Assembly: GCA_016705365.1 (NCBI GenBank)
Contig: JADIYI010000005.1
Span: 320,280 to 384,279 of the forward strand
DNA: 64,000 nt
From: Gammaproteobacteria bacterium
GTDB taxonomy: Bacteria > Pseudomonadota > Gammaproteobacteria > Pseudomonadales > UBA5518
Reading direction: 5' to 3'
In this document: positions 44,250 through 52,629 of the stretch, piece after piece
How positions within the stretch are numbered: the first letter of the stretch is position 1
Layout: every line of letters starts with the position of its first letter
Made by a program: the position numbers and the translations under genes
The notes under the pieces: generated by a model
What the model was told of the DNA's origin: nothing
The model's database searches: none
The model's input: the letters and a program-made list of their open reading frames with translations, nothing else

Positions 44250-45440
44250 ATGACGATCGACTACGATCCCTTTTCGGATGCGGCGATGCGCGATCCGTTC
44301 CCGCTCTATGCCGCGATGCGGGCCGAGGGCGGTCCCCACTACATCGCGAAGTACAACGCCTGGGCGCTGGCGCGCTTCGAGGATGTCTGGGAAGCCAGCA
44401 TGCATCACGAAGCCGATGTGACCTGGACCGCTGGCGCGACCCCCGCGCAGCTGCTGCTCGGCGATCCGATACCGCGCGCCTTCACCACGATGGACGCGCC
44501 GGAGCATCGCAAGTGGCGTGGCGTGATCAGGCGCGAATACACACCCGAAGCCGTGCGTTTGCATGAGCAGCGCTTGCGCACGCTCGCCCGCGAGGTGCTC
44601 GATCCGCTACTGGCGCGCGGGGAGTTCGATGCCTATGCCGATTACGCCAACCGCGTGTTCTGCCTGAACTCGGGATTCAACCTCGGCCTGCCGCGCGAGG
44701 ATGCCCTCACCTGGCGCGCCCTGATCGACGAGCTGATGCACCGCGATCCCGGACAGTGCGGTGGCAGTTCGTCGCGCAATCAGTACGCGGCGACGCAACT
44801 CGCGGCCTATATGCACGACTACGTACAACGTTTGCGTGTGGATCCCGGGCTCGCCAGCGGTCATACGGCGGCCTATCTGAACGCCGAGATCGATGGCGAG
44901 CGGCTCGACGACGAAGGAATGGTCAATATCCTGATGAATTTCCTGATTGTCGGATCCGAGACCACGCCGATGGTATGCGCTGGCGCGCTGCATTACCTCG
45001 AGCAGCATCCGGCGCAGAAGGCGGCGGTGCTGGCGGACCATGCCCTGATACCGAGGTTGTTTTTCGAGACCTGCCGTTATGACCAGCCGACGAACATGTT
45101 GTGTCGGCGCGCGAAACGTGATTTCACGCTGGGGGGTGCGCAGATCCGTGCCGGGCAGGACCTGCTGTATATCTACGCCTCGGCCAACCGCGACGAACGG
45201 GAATTCGTGAACGCCGCGCAATTCGATATATTCCGCAATCATGAGCGCGACCTGACGTACGGCGCCGGCGGGCACAAATGCCTGGGGATGCATCTGGCCA
45301 CCATGGGCGCGGTGATCGTGCTCGAGGAACTGCTGGCATCGATACGGGATTTCGAGGTTCGGCTCGACGGCTGCCGGCGCGCCTACGGTGAGCATCTGTC
45401 CGGATTCGAACGGGTTCCGGTGCGGGTGCATCTTGGTTGA
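44250..45440 (+). CDS. Cytochrome P450
   Basis: 396 aa from ATG 44250 (GTG 44241 is possible). I-helix 'FLIVGSETT', ExxR 'ETCRYD', and haem-Cys loop 'YGAGGHKCLGMHLA'. Confidence 0.9.
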   Translation: MTIDYDPFSDAAMRDPFPLYAAMRAEGGPHYIAKYNAWALARFEDVWEASMHHEADVTWTAGATPAQLLLGDPIPRAFTTMDAPEHRKWRGVIRREYTPEAVRLHEQRLRTLAREVLDPLLARGEFDAYADYANRVFCLNSGFNLGLPREDALTWRALIDELMHRDPGQCGGSSSRNQYAATQLAAYMHDYVQRLRVDPGLASGHTAAYLNAEIDGERLDDEGMVNILMNFLIVGSETTPMVCAGALHYLEQHPAQKAAVLADHALIPRLFFETCRYDQPTNMLCRRAKRDFTLGGAQIRAGQDLLYIYASANRDEREFVNAAQFDIFRNHERDLTYGAGGHKCLGMHLATMGAVIVLEELLASIRDFEVRLDGCRRAYGEHLSGFERVPVRVHLG

Positions 45441-45482
45441 AGCGCCGGTCCGCGCGGTGCCCCGCGGGGCCATGGAGGAACA

Positions 45483-46451
45483 TTGAAAATCTGCTCCCTC
45501 GGTTATATCGGTATCGCTGCGCCCGATCCGCTGGCGTGCCTGGAGTTCGCCACCCACATCGTCGGAATGATGCCGGCGCGGGCCTGTCCGGGCGAGGACT
45601 GGGGCGTGCCGGCACGGCCGGGCAGGGGTCCCGCCAGTGCCGGCAGCGGTAAACTTGCCGATGGCAGCGTGTATCTCAAGCTCGATGACTGGCAATGGCG
45701 CATCGCGGTTCATCTGCGGGCGGGGCGCCCGGGACTGCTGTACCTTGGCCTGGAGCTTGCGAGCGAACTCGCGCTCGAGCAGGCGCTCGCCGAGTTGCGT
45801 GCCGCCGGATGCGAGGCCCGGCGCGGCACCGATGCCGAGGCGCATGCACGCGCTGTCGCCGGTATCGTCCATACGCGCGACCCGATGGGCAATGCCATCG
45901 AGCTGTTCTACGGCCCGGTCAAGGATCGCAAGTTCAACTCGCCACGGGGCACGCGTTTTTGCGCCGCCGGTCTCGGACTCGGGCATCTGAACCTGCTGGC
46001 GGCGCCGCTGGTCGAGGCGCGTGATTTCTATACCCGCGTGCTCGGATTCCGGCTGACCGACTTTATCCGTTTTGGCGCCGGTGACTCGGCCAATTTCTTT
46101 CATTGCAATGCCCGTCATCACAGTATCGGCTTGCTGAAAGTGGGAGAGCTTGCGGGTGTCCATCACCTGATGCTGGAACTCGAGAATATCGATCTGGTCG
46201 GTCAATGCCTGGAGCGGGTCGAAGCCGCCGGTTTGCAGATCACCTCGACGCTGGGCCGCCATGCCAACGACCGCATGCTGTCGTTCTACATGGCGAGTCC
46301 CTTCGGCTTCGAACTCGAGATCGGTTGCGAAGGATTGCGGATCGACGAGCAGTGGACGCCGGCGGAGTTTGTCGAGGGCGATATCTGGGGCCATCGCGGG
46401 CTGGATCCGGAAACGATCCAGCGCAATCTCGCAGCGGTGGGTGACGAATGA
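45483..46451 (+). CDS. Two-domain type I extradiol ring-cleavage dioxygenase (BphC/HsaC-like)
   Basis: 322 aa. TTG start preceded by GGAGG at 45474-45478. Motifs 'LGYIGIAAPD', 'LGHLNLL', 'FFHCNARHHSI', 'HHLMLE' and 'GRHANDRMLSFYMASPFGFELEIG'. Confidence 0.85.
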   Translation: MKICSLGYIGIAAPDPLACLEFATHIVGMMPARACPGEDWGVPARPGRGPASAGSGKLADGSVYLKLDDWQWRIAVHLRAGRPGLLYLGLELASELALEQALAELRAAGCEARRGTDAEAHARAVAGIVHTRDPMGNAIELFYGPVKDRKFNSPRGTRFCAAGLGLGHLNLLAAPLVEARDFYTRVLGFRLTDFIRFGAGDSANFFHCNARHHSIGLLKVGELAGVHHLMLELENIDLVGQCLERVEAAGLQITSTLGRHANDRMLSFYMASPFGFELEIGCEGLRIDEQWTPAEFVEGDIWGHRGLDPETIQRNLAAVGDE

Positions 46452-46524
46452 CAGGCAGTGGCTGCGCGGCAGCGCGCGTAATATCCAGCCTGCGCAAGCA
46501 CGCCATTGCAGGGGAGTCGAATCG

Positions 46525-46932
46525 ATGGCGGTGAAATTGCAGAAGGCTGCACTGGATGCGGGTATCGTTACCATCGATGGCGAGCGCGCGGCGCACTTCT
46601 ACGGTGAGGTGCTGGGGCTGCCGCTGGCCGGTGAGGTGCGGCTGCCCGATATCGGCCTGATTCGCCGCTACGCGGCCGGTGACAGCACGCTGCGGGTATT
46701 CGTGCCGGATACCAGGCCGCAACGGGAGAGCAGCCGTGATGGCATGGCCAGCCAGACCGGGATCCGTTATCTCACGCTGACGATTTCCAACCTCGATGAA
46801 ACAGTTGCCGCGGTGACGGCTGCCGGATACAAGGTACCCGTTGCGATCCGCGACCTGCGACCGGGGGTGCGGGTGGCGCAGGTCGAGGATGCCGACGGCA
46901 ATGCCATCGAATTGATGCAGCAGGACTCCTGA
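46525..46932 (+). CDS. VOC/glyoxalase-family protein
   Basis: 135 aa from ATG 46525. 'FYGEVLGLPL', 'IRYLTLTISNLDE' and 'VEDADGNAIELMQ'. Confidence 0.75.
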   Translation: MAVKLQKAALDAGIVTIDGERAAHFYGEVLGLPLAGEVRLPDIGLIRRYAAGDSTLRVFVPDTRPQRESSRDGMASQTGIRYLTLTISNLDETVAAVTAAGYKVPVAIRDLRPGVRVAQVEDADGNAIELMQQDS

Positions 46933-47006
46933 GTACACGCCATGAAATCCGAAATGTCGACCCGGTCGCGCCGGCGCATCGATACCCATCGTGGCGTCGG
47001 GCAGGC

Positions 47007-47660
47007 GTGAACCGCACCGTGAAGAAAAATTCGGTTGCGGGAGTCCGCCGTGGACGCCCGCGCAGCGGGGCATCGGAGCAGGCGATCCTGTCCGCGACTC
47101 TGGAGTTGCTGGCCGAACTCGGTTTTCGCGCGGTAACGGTCGATGCGATCGCTGCCCGTGCCGGCGCCAGCAAATCGACCATTTATCGCCGCTGGCCGAC
47201 CAAGGAGTACCTGGTCATCGCGGCATTCGCGCAGACACCGAACCTCGCACCCGGCAGGCAGGGTACGATGGCGGAGCAGTTGATAGACGTGATCGCCCAG
47301 TTCGCCGGGTTCATGCAGGCCACGCCGCTCGGTGGCGTGCTGCCCGCGTTGGCCGCGGAGCGCACCCACAACCCGGCGCTCGATGGTGCCTTCGGTCCAC
47401 TGGTGCGCGCGCGGCGCAAGCCGCTGCTCGATATCGTTCGCGCAGGGATCGCCGGTGGTGAATTGCCCGCGGGAACCAATGCGGAATTTGCCGCGGACAT
47501 GTTTACCGGACCGGTGCTGCAACGACTCATGGTCCTGGGGCTGAAAACCGATCGGCGCTATGTGCGCCAGGTGGTGCTGACCGCCTGCGCCGGGCTGCGT
47601 GCGGCGCAGCCAGGTCGCGCGGTGCGGCGGCGCAGCGCAACGGAGGTGACGGGCGGATGA
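47007..47660 (+). CDS. TetR/AcrR-family transcriptional regulator
   Basis: 217 aa with a GTG start. HTH 'ILSATLELLAELGFRAVTVDAIAARAGASKSTIYRRWPTKEYL'. Stop overlaps the next start (ATGA). Confidence 0.9.
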   Translation: MNRTVKKNSVAGVRRGRPRSGASEQAILSATLELLAELGFRAVTVDAIAARAGASKSTIYRRWPTKEYLVIAAFAQTPNLAPGRQGTMAEQLIDVIAQFAGFMQATPLGGVLPALAAERTHNPALDGAFGPLVRARRKPLLDIVRAGIAGGELPAGTNAEFAADMFTGPVLQRLMVLGLKTDRRYVRQVVLTACAGLRAAQPGRAVRRRSATEVTGG

Positions 47661-48550
47661 TATTGTTGCAGGGCAGGGCGGCGGCCATAAGCGGCGCGGG
47701 TGGCGGCATCGGTCGCGCGCACGCGCTGCTGCTGGCGGCACACGGTGCCGCGGTGGTGGTCAACGATATCGACCTCGAGCGTGCGCAACAGGTGGTGGCG
47801 GAAATCGTCGCCAGCGGTGGTCGCGCGCTGGCCAATGGCGCGAGCATCGCGACGCGCGCCGGCGCCGAGGCGCTGGTGAGTGCCTGTGTGCAGGAGTTCG
47901 GCGCGATCGACCTGCTGGTGAACAACGCCGGGAACCTTCGTGACCGATCCTTTCTCAAGATGAGCGACGAGGAATTCGACAGCGTCTGGCAGGTGCACGT
48001 GAAAGGCAGTTTCTGGTGTGCCCAGGCTGCGGCTCGTCAGATGTGCGTTCAGGGCCGCGGCGGGGTCATCATCAATACCTGCTCGGGCTCGCATTTCGGC
48101 AATTTCGGGCAGAGCAATTACGCCGCGGCAAAAGGTGCCATCGCGTCGCTGACCTATACCTGGGCCATCGAACTGGCGCGCCACGGCATTCGCGTCAATG
48201 CGATCTGTCCGGTCGCGGCAACGCAGATGACACAGGGGATCATCAGCGGTCCGGATCCGGAGCAGGCGGCGATCTTCTGGGCGCCGGAGCGTAACAGCCC
48301 GCTGCTGGTCTACCTGGCCTCGGACGAGGCGGCCAACGTCAGTGGCCAGATCTTCGGTACCGGTGGCGAGCGGCTCGCGCATATGGTGCAGCCGCATTAC
48401 GGCAAGACGCTGATCCGCCCGGGAGGATGGACCGTGGAAGCGGTGCGTGAGCAATTTCAGCAACAGATGCCACAGGAGTTCGATGTGTTCGGTATTTCCG
48501 CGAAACCCTATCCATTTCACGACGGGGTCAAGCCCCCGTCCCGGGATTGA
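47657..48550 (+). CDS. SDR-family oxidoreductase (MFE-2-type 3-hydroxyacyl-CoA dehydrogenase-like)
   Basis: 297 aa. Motifs 'AAISGAGGGIGRAHA', 'LVNNAGNLRDRSFLKMSDEEF', 'YAAAKGA' and 'RVNAICP'. Confidence 0.9.
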   Translation: MILLQGRAAAISGAGGGIGRAHALLLAAHGAAVVVNDIDLERAQQVVAEIVASGGRALANGASIATRAGAEALVSACVQEFGAIDLLVNNAGNLRDRSFLKMSDEEFDSVWQVHVKGSFWCAQAAARQMCVQGRGGVIINTCSGSHFGNFGQSNYAAAKGAIASLTYTWAIELARHGIRVNAICPVAATQMTQGIISGPDPEQAAIFWAPERNSPLLVYLASDEAANVSGQIFGTGGERLAHMVQPHYGKTLIRPGGWTVEAVREQFQQQMPQEFDVFGISAKPYPFHDGVKPPSRD

Positions 48551-48554
48551 GTCC

Positions 48555-49952
48555 ATGGTTGGCATCATCGCCTGTGGCGCCGCGATACCGGTGCGCCGTT
48601 TACCGTTGTCATTGCTGGCCGGCAGGAGCGCAATGCCAGGCTCGCCGGAGCGCGCGCTGGCGTGGTCCGACGAGGATGCAATCACCCTGGCGGTCGCGGC
48701 GGCGCGCGACTGCCTGGTCGATTGTGATCGCAGCCGGATCGATTTGCTGCTGTTTGCCAGTACCACCGGCCCCTATGTCGAGAAGCTGGGCGCGGCGATC
48801 GTCGCGGCGGCGCTGGCGCTGGCACCGGGCACGCGCACCCTCGATGTCGCGAATTCGCTGCGTGGCGGCACCCAGGCGCTGCTGCTGGCGCTCGATGCGG
48901 TGCGTGCCGGTTCGGCGCACAGCGCACTGGTCGTGGTCGCTGATTGCCGCCAGGGAGCCCCGGGTTCCGCGCTGGAAGCAAACGGCGGTGATGCGGCTGC
49001 CGCGTTTCTGGTGGGCAATGGCGATGCGCTGTTCGAGGTGATCGACAGCGCCACGTGCAGCGCCGAGATCGTGGATGTGTGGCGCCGCCCCGGTGATCGT
49101 TTCGCCCATTCCTGGGAAGAGCGCTTCGTGCTCGCCCACGGCTACCTCGAGCCGATGCTCGCGGCGCAGGCGCAACTCGCGGCAAAAGCCCGGATCGATC
49201 TGTCCGCCTGCACCCATCGGCTGTTCTCGGCGCCCGATCGCAAGGCGCACCAGGCACTGCAGCAAGCGCTCGGTCCCGGTGCGTTGTCCCGGGAACCGTT
49301 GTTCGGCAGCGTGGGCAGTTGCGGCGCGGCGCATGTGCTGCTGCAACTGGTCGCGCTGGCCGAGACCGCGAGCCCCGGCGATACCGCGCTGCTGCTCAAT
49401 CACGGCGACGGTGCCGATGCGCTCGGGCTGCGTTTTCATCGTGCGGCAAAAGCCCGCTTTCCCGCCCGGATCGCTCACCGCCTGGCGCTCTCGGGTATCG
49501 AGCAGTACCGGCGTGCCCGCGAACTGCTGGTCGAGGAGTACCAGGGGCACGATTTCCAGGGGATCTCGGCCACGGTCCATTATCGCGATCGCGGTGACGA
49601 TCTAGCGCTCGCGGGGCAGCGCTGCGAGTGCGGGGAACCGCGGTTTCCGCGCGCCCGAATCTGTGTTCGCTGTGGCCTTGCGGACCGCTTCGGGGAGGAG
49701 ATCTATGCCGAACGCGGCGCCACGTTGCTGACCTATACGCTCGATGCATTTTTCCCCTCTCCGGATCCGCCCACCGTGGTTGGCGTGGTGCAGGTGAACG
49801 ACGGTCCGCGCATCCATGTGCAACTCACCGATATGCCCGCGGGCGAGGTGCGGATCGGCATGGCGCTGGAATTCGTGCTGCGGCGCATGCATTGTGTCGG
49901 CGGACGACCGAATTATTTCTGGAAATGCCGGCCACCGGGAGCTGCGTCATGA
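48555..49952 (+). CDS. HMG-CoA-synthase-like (thiolase-fold) domain fused to a DUF35 Zn-ribbon/OB-fold domain; catalytic triad apparently absent
   Basis: 465 aa from ATG 48555. HMGCS-like blocks 'WSDEDAITLAVAAARDCL', 'ALVVVADCR' and 'EIVDVWRRP'. The positions of Glu/Cys/His are 'ASTTG', 'VANSLRGGT' and 'LFSAPDRK'. C-terminal 'CECGEPRFPRARICVRCG' 4-Cys ribbon plus an OB-fold ('VVGVVQVNDGPRIHVQL'). Confidence 0.85.
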   Translation: MVGIIACGAAIPVRRLPLSLLAGRSAMPGSPERALAWSDEDAITLAVAAARDCLVDCDRSRIDLLLFASTTGPYVEKLGAAIVAAALALAPGTRTLDVANSLRGGTQALLLALDAVRAGSAHSALVVVADCRQGAPGSALEANGGDAAAAFLVGNGDALFEVIDSATCSAEIVDVWRRPGDRFAHSWEERFVLAHGYLEPMLAAQAQLAAKARIDLSACTHRLFSAPDRKAHQALQQALGPGALSREPLFGSVGSCGAAHVLLQLVALAETASPGDTALLLNHGDGADALGLRFHRAAKARFPARIAHRLALSGIEQYRRARELLVEEYQGHDFQGISATVHYRDRGDDLALAGQRCECGEPRFPRARICVRCGLADRFGEEIYAERGATLLTYTLDAFFPSPDPPTVVGVVQVNDGPRIHVQLTDMPAGEVRIGMALEFVLRRMHCVGGRPNYFWKCRPPGAAS

Positions 49953-51094
49953 GTCTGAGAGACAAGGCCTCGATCGTCGGCGTGGGTTGCAGCGCGTTTG
50001 CCGAGCACTGGGATCGCAGCGCCGAGGACCTGATCGTGGATGCGGCTCTGGAGGCCTATGCCGATGCCGGCATCGACGAACCGCGCCGCCAGATCGATGC
50101 GATCTATGCCGGTTCGCTGTACGCGCCGATGGGCCCGGTTCATGTCACCGAGGCGCTCAGGCTCTACAAGCCGATCACCATGGTCTACAACTACTGTGCC
50201 ACCGGTACCGAGGCGCTGCGCGCCGCGGTCATGGCGGTCGCGGCCGGTGCCCACGATACCGTGCTCGCGCTCGGTTTCGACAAGCCCAAGGATCGTGGTG
50301 TGTCGGGCCCGAGCGTGAATATCCGCGGCGTGCGCGGCCTGCCGGAAACACCGGCCGGCTGGTTTGCGTTGTGCGCGGCGCCGTACTTCGAGCGCTACGG
50401 CGCGGGGCGCGAGGACCTGGCGCGGATCGCGGTAAAGAATCATCACAACGGTACGCTGGCACCGAAGAGTTTCCTGAAGCGCGAAATAAGCATCGAGGAC
50501 GCGCTCACGGCGCGCATGATCGCGTGGCCATTCGGGCTCTACGATTGCGCGGCGCAGACCGACGGCGCCGCGGCGGTAATCGTGACCCGACGCGATCTGG
50601 CCCGCCGTCACCATGATCGTGCGGTACAGGTGCGCGCTATCGCCAGCGCGTCGGCGGCGCATCCGCATGGCGATCCTGATCATGATTTCCTGCGCTGGAA
50701 ACCGACCATCGCGGCGGCCGAGGCGGCCTATGCTATGGCAGGCATCGTGAATCCGCTGCGTGAAATTGATGTTGCGCAGTTGCACGACTGTTTCACCCTG
50801 ACCGAGCTGCTGAGCTACGAGGATCTCGGTTTCATCGCCAAGGGCGCGGCCCGCGAGCACATCGCGGCCGGCACTTTCGCGCTCGGCGGCGAGTTGCCGG
50901 TCAACACCGACGGCGGGCTGAAGTCCTTCGGGCACCCGACCGCCGCCACCGGTCTGCGCATGATCTACGAGAATGTGCTGCAATTGCAGGGGCGTGCGGG
51001 CGCGCGCCAGGTGTCGGGTGCGGGCACGGCGCTCAGCCACAATATCGGCGGTTATCCGACCGGGTGTGCCGTCTGTATCCTGAGCATGGAGTAG
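49949..51094 (+). CDS. SCP-x/lipid-transfer-type thiolase
   Basis: 381 aa from ATG 49949 (ATGA overlap with the previous gene). Catalytic Cys block 'NYCATGTEALRAA', 'GHPTAATGLR' and 'SHNIGG'. Confidence 0.9.
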   Translation: MSLRDKASIVGVGCSAFAEHWDRSAEDLIVDAALEAYADAGIDEPRRQIDAIYAGSLYAPMGPVHVTEALRLYKPITMVYNYCATGTEALRAAVMAVAAGAHDTVLALGFDKPKDRGVSGPSVNIRGVRGLPETPAGWFALCAAPYFERYGAGREDLARIAVKNHHNGTLAPKSFLKREISIEDALTARMIAWPFGLYDCAAQTDGAAAVIVTRRDLARRHHDRAVQVRAIASASAAHPHGDPDHDFLRWKPTIAAAEAAYAMAGIVNPLREIDVAQLHDCFTLTELLSYEDLGFIAKGAAREHIAAGTFALGGELPVNTDGGLKSFGHPTAATGLRMIYENVLQLQGRAGARQVSGAGTALSHNIGGYPTGCAVCILSME

Positions 51095-51097
51095 GCA

Positions 51098-51889
51098 ATG
51101 GCGTTCAGCACCCTGAACTATCGGGTCGAGGATGGCGTGGCGCTGATCACGCTCGACCGGGTGGCGGCACATAACGCGGTCAATTCGGTGATGAGCCGCG
51201 AATTGCCGCTGGCATGGCAGCGCTTCGACAGCGATGACAGCGCGATCGTGGCAATCGTGACCGGGGCCGGTGAACGCGCTTTCTGCGTAGGCGCGGATCT
51301 CGCGGATCAGCCGCAAATGGACGGCGAAGGTCGTGACGGTACGCTCGCGAGCATGCGCTGGACCTCGTTGCAGAACCGGGTCTGGAAACCGGTGATCTGC
51401 GCCGTGAACGGCATGACGGTGGGCGGCGGTCTGCATTTCGTGGCCGACAGCGATATCGTGCTTGCGGCCGAGCACGCGACGTTTTTCGATACCCACGTGA
51501 AGGTTGGTCTGGTGGCTGGGCTGGAGCCGGTCTGCCTCGCGCGCAGAATGCCGCTGGAGGCGGTACTGCGCATGACCCTGGTCGGCGGTGGAGAGCGGAT
51601 TCCGGCGGCGCGTGCGCTGGCCCTGGGGCTGGTCGGCGAGTTGGTGCCGGCAGCGGATTTGCTCCGGCGCGCCCTGGAAATCGCCGCCATGATCAAGACC
51701 AATTCGCCGGCGGCGATGGCACGCAGCAAGCGCACGATCTGGGAAGCCGCGGACCGCGGACTTGGCGCGGCACTGGAAAACGCCTGGCACAGCATCATGG
51801 AACACAACACCCATCCGGATGTCGAGGAGGGTGCACGCGCGTTTCTCGACAAGCGCGCGCCGTGCTGGCGGCCCTACAGCGAGCGCTGA
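51098..51889 (+). CDS. Enoyl-CoA hydratase/isomerase family protein
   Basis: 263 aa. Motifs 'ITLDRVAAHNAVN', 'VTGAGERAFCVGADL' and 'CAVNGMTVGGGLHF'. Confidence 0.9.
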   Translation: MAFSTLNYRVEDGVALITLDRVAAHNAVNSVMSRELPLAWQRFDSDDSAIVAIVTGAGERAFCVGADLADQPQMDGEGRDGTLASMRWTSLQNRVWKPVICAVNGMTVGGGLHFVADSDIVLAAEHATFFDTHVKVGLVAGLEPVCLARRMPLEAVLRMTLVGGGERIPAARALALGLVGELVPAADLLRRALEIAAMIKTNSPAAMARSKRTIWEAADRGLGAALENAWHSIMEHNTHPDVEEGARAFLDKRAPCWRPYSER

Positions 51890-52617
51890 GCGTGGAGTAC
51901 CAGGATATCCGGGTCGAGCGTATCGGAGCCGTGCTGCTCATCCATCTCGATCGCCCCGCAAAGCTCAATGCCTACACGCCGGACATGGGCGATGAACTGG
52001 TGCATGCTTATCGCGCAGCGGCCGCCGATCAGAGCCTGCGCGCGGTGATCCTGACCGGCAGCGGCAGGGCGTTTTGCGCCGGCGCGGACCGCGCGTTCCT
52101 CGCTGGCGAAAAAGCGCGTTCGGGCAAGCGTCTCGGCGAGGAGGAATTCATCGGCGGGTTTGCCGCGGAGCTCGCCGCATTGCCGTTGCTGAGCATTGCC
52201 GCGATCAACGGCGTGGCGGCGGGCATCGGTGTCACGGCAACCTTGCCGATGGATCTGCGCATCGTCGCTGCCGATGCGCAACTGGTATTGAATTTCGCGG
52301 AACTCGGCATCATGCCCGGCCTTGGTTCGACCTATTTCCTGCCGCGCCTGGTCGGTGTGGCGCGGGCCAGCGAACTGTTGCTCTGCAGCCGCCGCATCGA
52401 TGGCGAGACCGCGGCGGCAATGGGCCTGGCGAACCGCGCGGTGGCGGCCACGCAGGTGCTGCCCGCGGCGCTGGAGCTGGCGCATGCGCTGGGCGATTGC
52501 CGGCGCGAGGTGGTGACGGCGATCAAGCAGGGCCTGGCGCAGGGTAGCGCGGGCACGCTGACCGAGGCGCTGCGGCACGAACGCCAACTCGCGGCGCGAC
52601 TGCGTGGGTCAACCTGA
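51862..52617 (+). CDS. Enoyl-CoA hydratase/isomerase family protein
   Basis: 251-aa ORF. The start may instead be GTG 51892, just after the previous stop. Motifs 'IHLDRPAKLNAYT', 'LTGSGRAFCAGAD' and 'AAINGVAAGIGVT'. Confidence 0.85.
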   Translation: MLAALQRALSVEYQDIRVERIGAVLLIHLDRPAKLNAYTPDMGDELVHAYRAAAADQSLRAVILTGSGRAFCAGADRAFLAGEKARSGKRLGEEEFIGGFAAELAALPLLSIAAINGVAAGIGVTATLPMDLRIVAADAQLVLNFAELGIMPGLGSTYFLPRLVGVARASELLLCSRRIDGETAAAMGLANRAVAATQVLPAALELAHALGDCRREVVTAIKQGLAQGSAGTLTEALRHERQLAARLRGST

Positions 52618-52629
52618 GGTTCCGATGCG

